In this document: piece after piece, positions 60,663 through 64,000 of the stretch
Layout: each line of letters opens with the position of its first letter
How positions within the stretch are numbered: position 1 is the stretch's first letter
Assembly: GCA_937924855.1 (NCBI GenBank)
Contig: CALEYQ010000057.1
Span: forward strand, 6,768-70,767
From: an uncultured Bacteroidota bacterium
Lineage (GTDB): Bacteria > Bacteroidota > Bacteroidia > JADZBD01
Direction of reading: 5' to 3'
DNA: 64,000 nucleotides
Program-made: the position numbers and the translations under genes
Notes under the pieces: generated by a model
What the model was told of the DNA's origin: nothing
What the model saw: only the letters and a program-made list of their open reading frames with translations
The model's database searches: none

Positions 60663-63600
60663 ATGAAAACAAAAAATTTACTTTTTTCAGTGGTGAGTCT
60701 GGCGCTGGTAGGATCTGCTGCGCTGTTTTTTTCCGGACTGATGGTAGAGAATACTTCAAGCTATCAGCCCCGGAACATGAAGTCGGGATTTGATATCGGA
60801 TCCTACGACAAAGGCTATCATGCCTCTGCCGCATGGTGGTTTAACAATCGGAAAGACCCGAACACAGGTGAGCTAAACATTCCTGCCATGATAAAGGCCA
60901 TGAATGATGCCAATGCTGTATCTGGTAGCCAAAACCGGATGGCCGCTTTAGGCTTGCAATGGAATGAACAAGGCCCGAATAATTTTGGGGGAAGGGTTCG
61001 TGCATTCCTAATCGACCGGACTAATCCAAATAAACTTTTTGCCGGAGGTGTTTCCGGTGGCCTCTGGAGATCTACCAATGGTGGAACTTCCTGGACTATT
61101 TACAAGGACACTATGGTAAATATGAACGTTACTTCTATTTGCCAGGCTTCAAACGGAGATATTTATTTCGGTACAGGTGAAGGTCTTTATTACTTTTTTG
61201 GAACCGGTACCGGTGGTTTCCTTGGGGCCGGTGTTTGGAAATCTACAGATGGAGGAAATACTTTTAATCGCATAGTTTCTACTTCGGTTCCCAACTCAAC
61301 TGCAGTTGACTGGTACGGTGTAAACGACCTGGCAGCCTCTCCAACCGATCCAAACCGAATTTATGCTGCTACAGAACGGGGCTTTCTTATTTCAAACGAT
61401 GGTGGGCAAACCTGGACCGATGGAATTGCGACTCCTATTAACCAGCGGACTACAGACGTGGTTGTTAATTCTAACGGTGCCGTAGCCGTTTCTTATGGCG
61501 GAAAATTATACATCAGCCCGAACGGTGATATTGGTTCTTACACCAGTGTTTCTACAGGTGCCGCTGGTATGTTGCCTACCACCACCATGGGTCGTATTGT
61601 TCCTGCTTATGCACCTTCCGACCCTAATTATTTATATGCCTGTTTGGTTAAATCTAACCAGTTTTTGCATGCTGTATACGTTTCTAAAGACGGAGGCGCG
61701 AGCTGGAATCTGATTGGAAACGGAGGTTCAAACCTGTTTAATCCTTTCGGTTCCAACGGTCAGGGAATTTATGATTGCTGCCTGACTGTTTATCCTAATA
61801 ATAAAAACAAAGTAATGCTGGGAGGAGTAACACTCTGGACCTATACCGAAGCGCAATCTACTCCCGTTCCTTCTGGACAGTGGCAGCGTATTGATTCAGG
61901 CTTTGACTCTCCCTTCAATCCTTACTATGTTCACTCAGATAAACACCGGATTCGTTTTCATCCTAACAACCCCAATACGGTTTATATAGCAACAGACGGA
62001 GGTATTTTCCGTTCGTTGGACGGGGGTGTTACTTTCAGCCCCATGAATCACGACCTCAACATTGCACAGATGTATGGTGTTGGATTCTCCAAGACTGGCA
62101 ATGAATATATTGGAGGTACCCAGGACAACGGAACCCTGTATGTTGACCATACCGGTAATACCTGGCTAAGTGGTGTTCGGGTTATGGGTGGTGATGGATC
62201 TTTCGGCGAAATTTCAATGGTTAACCCCGATGCCCAGTTTGCAGGAAGCTATTATGGTGTGGTAAGTCGCTCCCCTAACAACGGTGATTCTTATGGTGAT
62301 TTTTATAATGCCCGCGTTTCCAGCAGCGCAAACTTCCTGAATCCGGGATTTGCTTCCTTTGTTACTCCTTTTGCCTTGTACGAAACTCTGAATGAACCCA
62401 ATCCGATTGATTCGGTTACCTTCAGCAATGACTCACTTTCCTTTGTTATCGGTTCTGCTCCCGGAAATGTGGCTCAGTTTACATCTTCGCTTCCCTTCCC
62501 ACAGGCCAGCGCATCGATTCAACCCGGTTCAGTGAAAATCAAAGCCGGTGCACAGGTGGTTACTGATAACGGAAGCGGACAACTTATTGGTTCCGTTAAC
62601 GGGGCCGGTGTAAATACCATTGATTATAACACCGGAGCGTTCAACGTTACTTTCGCCACTAACCCACCACTTAATACGGTTATTACTTCGGAATATAATG
62701 TTGTATATACCGCCGGTGATGTGTTGTTGCTGAATTCAAATTCGGCAAATTTCCCCTTCAATTACACACTAACCGCACCGCTTAACCCCGGTCAGTCCAT
62801 CAAAGTTCCGGATCGGATCGTATCTAAACTTGCCGTTGGTTTCACCAGTGCCTTGTACATGATTCGTCGCCCCCTCGATTTCTCGGTTACCCCGGAATGG
62901 ATAAAAATTGGTGGTGGTAATTCCAGAAATGAACAAGGCGGCCTCAGTTCCATGAGCGGAGAAATTCAATCCATGGAATGGGCTCCTAACGGTGATCACA
63001 TTTATGTAGGAACCGCCAACGGACACGTTTACCGCATTTCCCATTTGAATTCAATTAAGGATTCTGCGTCAAATGGAGATGTGGATTCCTTAAATGCCGG
63101 CAATACCGATGCAATTCCGCGTTGTACCCGCCTTGCTCACTTCAACGGAAGAGCTATAACCGGACTTGGTGTTGACCCCAGCAACGGAAACCGCCTGATT
63201 GTTACCCTGGGTGGTTACGGAGTTAATGGGTATGTATATGTTTGCGACTCAGCCCAAAATGCCGTTATTTCTGTGCCTATTAATAATACCACAAAGTTTG
63301 CCATCCGCCAGGGCAACCTGCCCCAAATGCCCGTTTACGACGGCTTGTTTGATATGACCAATGGAGCAAATGTGATTATCGCGACAGAATACGGAACATG
63401 GACCACCAACAATATCAATACCGCCAGTCCTGTTTGGACCAAGGAAATTGATGGTATGTCTAACGTGCCCTCCATTATGATCCGCCAGCAGCGTCACCGC
63501 AACTGGGTTGTTACCAATACCGGGCAGGTTTGGGTGGCTACACACGGTCGCGGAATGTTTATGACCAATACGCTGGCAGCACCTCTTGGGGCTCCTGAAA

Positions 63601-63893
63601 ACTCACCCTGGAACAGCAATTCCTCGGTATTCAAGTCGAGCGTGAAAGTTTTCCCGAATCCATTAACCAACAACGGAAATGTCAGCTTCTTTATGCCTTT
63701 CAACGGGCCTGCTGCCATTGAAGTTTATAGCCTCAGCGGAAAACTGATGATGCGTATGGATCTGGGTAAATTATCTACCGGTTCTTATACACGCGATTTT
63801 GATGTAAGTGAATTCGCTGCAGGAACTTACTTTATCAGTATTGTTGCCGGCGAGCAAAAAGCAGTTGCCAAGTTCGTGAAACTGGCCAACTGA
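60663..63893 (+). CDS. BNR (Asp-box) repeat protein, GH74/sortilin-like, with T9SS C-terminal sorting domain
   Basis: 1076 aa. Signal peptide and multiple Asp-boxes (STNGGTSW, STDGGNTF, SNDGGQTW, SKDGGASW, SLDGGVTF). The C-terminal ~80 aa (FPNP...IEVYSLSGKLM...GTYFISI...KFVKL) match Por_Secre_tail. Confidence 0.8.
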   Translation: MKTKNLLFSVVSLALVGSAALFFSGLMVENTSSYQPRNMKSGFDIGSYDKGYHASAAWWFNNRKDPNTGELNIPAMIKAMNDANAVSGSQNRMAALGLQWNEQGPNNFGGRVRAFLIDRTNPNKLFAGGVSGGLWRSTNGGTSWTIYKDTMVNMNVTSICQASNGDIYFGTGEGLYYFFGTGTGGFLGAGVWKSTDGGNTFNRIVSTSVPNSTAVDWYGVNDLAASPTDPNRIYAATERGFLISNDGGQTWTDGIATPINQRTTDVVVNSNGAVAVSYGGKLYISPNGDIGSYTSVSTGAAGMLPTTTMGRIVPAYAPSDPNYLYACLVKSNQFLHAVYVSKDGGASWNLIGNGGSNLFNPFGSNGQGIYDCCLTVYPNNKNKVMLGGVTLWTYTEAQSTPVPSGQWQRIDSGFDSPFNPYYVHSDKHRIRFHPNNPNTVYIATDGGIFRSLDGGVTFSPMNHDLNIAQMYGVGFSKTGNEYIGGTQDNGTLYVDHTGNTWLSGVRVMGGDGSFGEISMVNPDAQFAGSYYGVVSRSPNNGDSYGDFYNARVSSSANFLNPGFASFVTPFALYETLNEPNPIDSVTFSNDSLSFVIGSAPGNVAQFTSSLPFPQASASIQPGSVKIKAGAQVVTDNGSGQLIGSVNGAGVNTIDYNTGAFNVTFATNPPLNTVITSEYNVVYTAGDVLLLNSNSANFPFNYTLTAPLNPGQSIKVPDRIVSKLAVGFTSALYMIRRPLDFSVTPEWIKIGGGNSRNEQGGLSSMSGEIQSMEWAPNGDHIYVGTANGHVYRISHLNSIKDSASNGDVDSLNAGNTDAIPRCTRLAHFNGRAITGLGVDPSNGNRLIVTLGGYGVNGYVYVCDSAQNAVISVPINNTTKFAIRQGNLPQMPVYDGLFDMTNGANVIIATEYGTWTTNNINTASPVWTKEIDGMSNVPSIMIRQQRHRNWVVTNTGQVWVATHGRGMFMTNTLAAPLGAPENSPWNSNSSVFKSSVKVFPNPLTNNGNVSFFMPFNGPAAIEVYSLSGKLMMRMDLGKLSTGSYTRDFDVSEFAAGTYFISIVAGEQKAVAKFVKLAN

Positions 63894-63912
63894 TAAAAAA
63901 CGAACTATCTGA

Positions 63913-63942
63913 AACCCCGGATTTTTTCCGGGGTTTTTTTTT
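63913..63942 (+). terminator. Rho-independent terminator
   Basis: ccccgg-attttttc-cgggg followed by a T9 run, immediately after the stop at 63893. Confidence 0.7.
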
Positions 63943-63956
63943 GGTAATTTTATTTC

Positions 63957-64000
63957 ATGAAAAGAATAGCGATAAACGGATTTGGAAGAATTGGGCGATA
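63957..64000 (+). CDS. gap: Glyceraldehyde-3-phosphate dehydrogenase, N-terminal 14 codons only (runs off window end)
   Basis: ATG at 63957. MKRIAINGFGRIGR is the canonical GAPDH NAD-binding N-terminus. Confidence 0.6.
   Translation, partial: MKRIAINGFGRIGR

Overview
This 64 kb window is a compact, mostly chromosomal-core stretch of a Bacteroidetes-type genome. Two predicted proteins end in T9SS C-terminal sorting domains, intergenic regions carry TAnnTTTG-type -7 promoter motifs, and GC content is about 45%. I found no rRNA, tRNA, CRISPR array, transposase or integrase.

Housekeeping genes present:
- Amino-acid catabolism: pruA, rocD and gdhA.
- Translation and RNA: efp, rsfS and a DEAD-box helicase.
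- Envelope and LPS: waaA, lpxD, cdsA and yidC.
- Nucleotide, cofactor and proteolysis functions: pyrG, pyrE, birA, lipA and ftsH.
- DNA repair: ung and rnhB.
- Central metabolism: aconitase, with a partial gap at the 3' edge.

The most accessory-looking part is a Wzx/Wzy-type polysaccharide locus at about 18.0-30.1 kb. It holds a DegT aminotransferase, ugd, a 920-aa membrane-anchored protein, a GT1 glycosyltransferase, a Wzx flippase interrupted by an in-frame TAA, two tandem paralogous Wzz-like co-polymerases and an O-antigen-ligase/Wzy-like protein.

Other notable items:
- Three SpoIIE/PP2C-type serine phosphatases with different sensor modules: cytoplasmic TPR (partial at the 5' edge), periplasmic TPR plus a transmembrane segment, and GAF.
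- Two unannotated tandem mini-lipoprotein genes (43 and 47 aa) sharing a C..C.AYGK motif.
- A cluster of secreted or lipoproteins that includes a putative C-terminal-CXXCH (class-II-like) cytochrome.
- A tightly overlapped aconitase / outer-membrane protein / hypothetical / MFS four-gene unit.
- A 1076-aa BNR (Asp-box) repeat protein that is a T9SS substrate.

I see no obvious defence or mobile system. The candidates for novelty are the polysaccharide locus oddities, the orphan PP2C sensors and the mini-lipoprotein pair.
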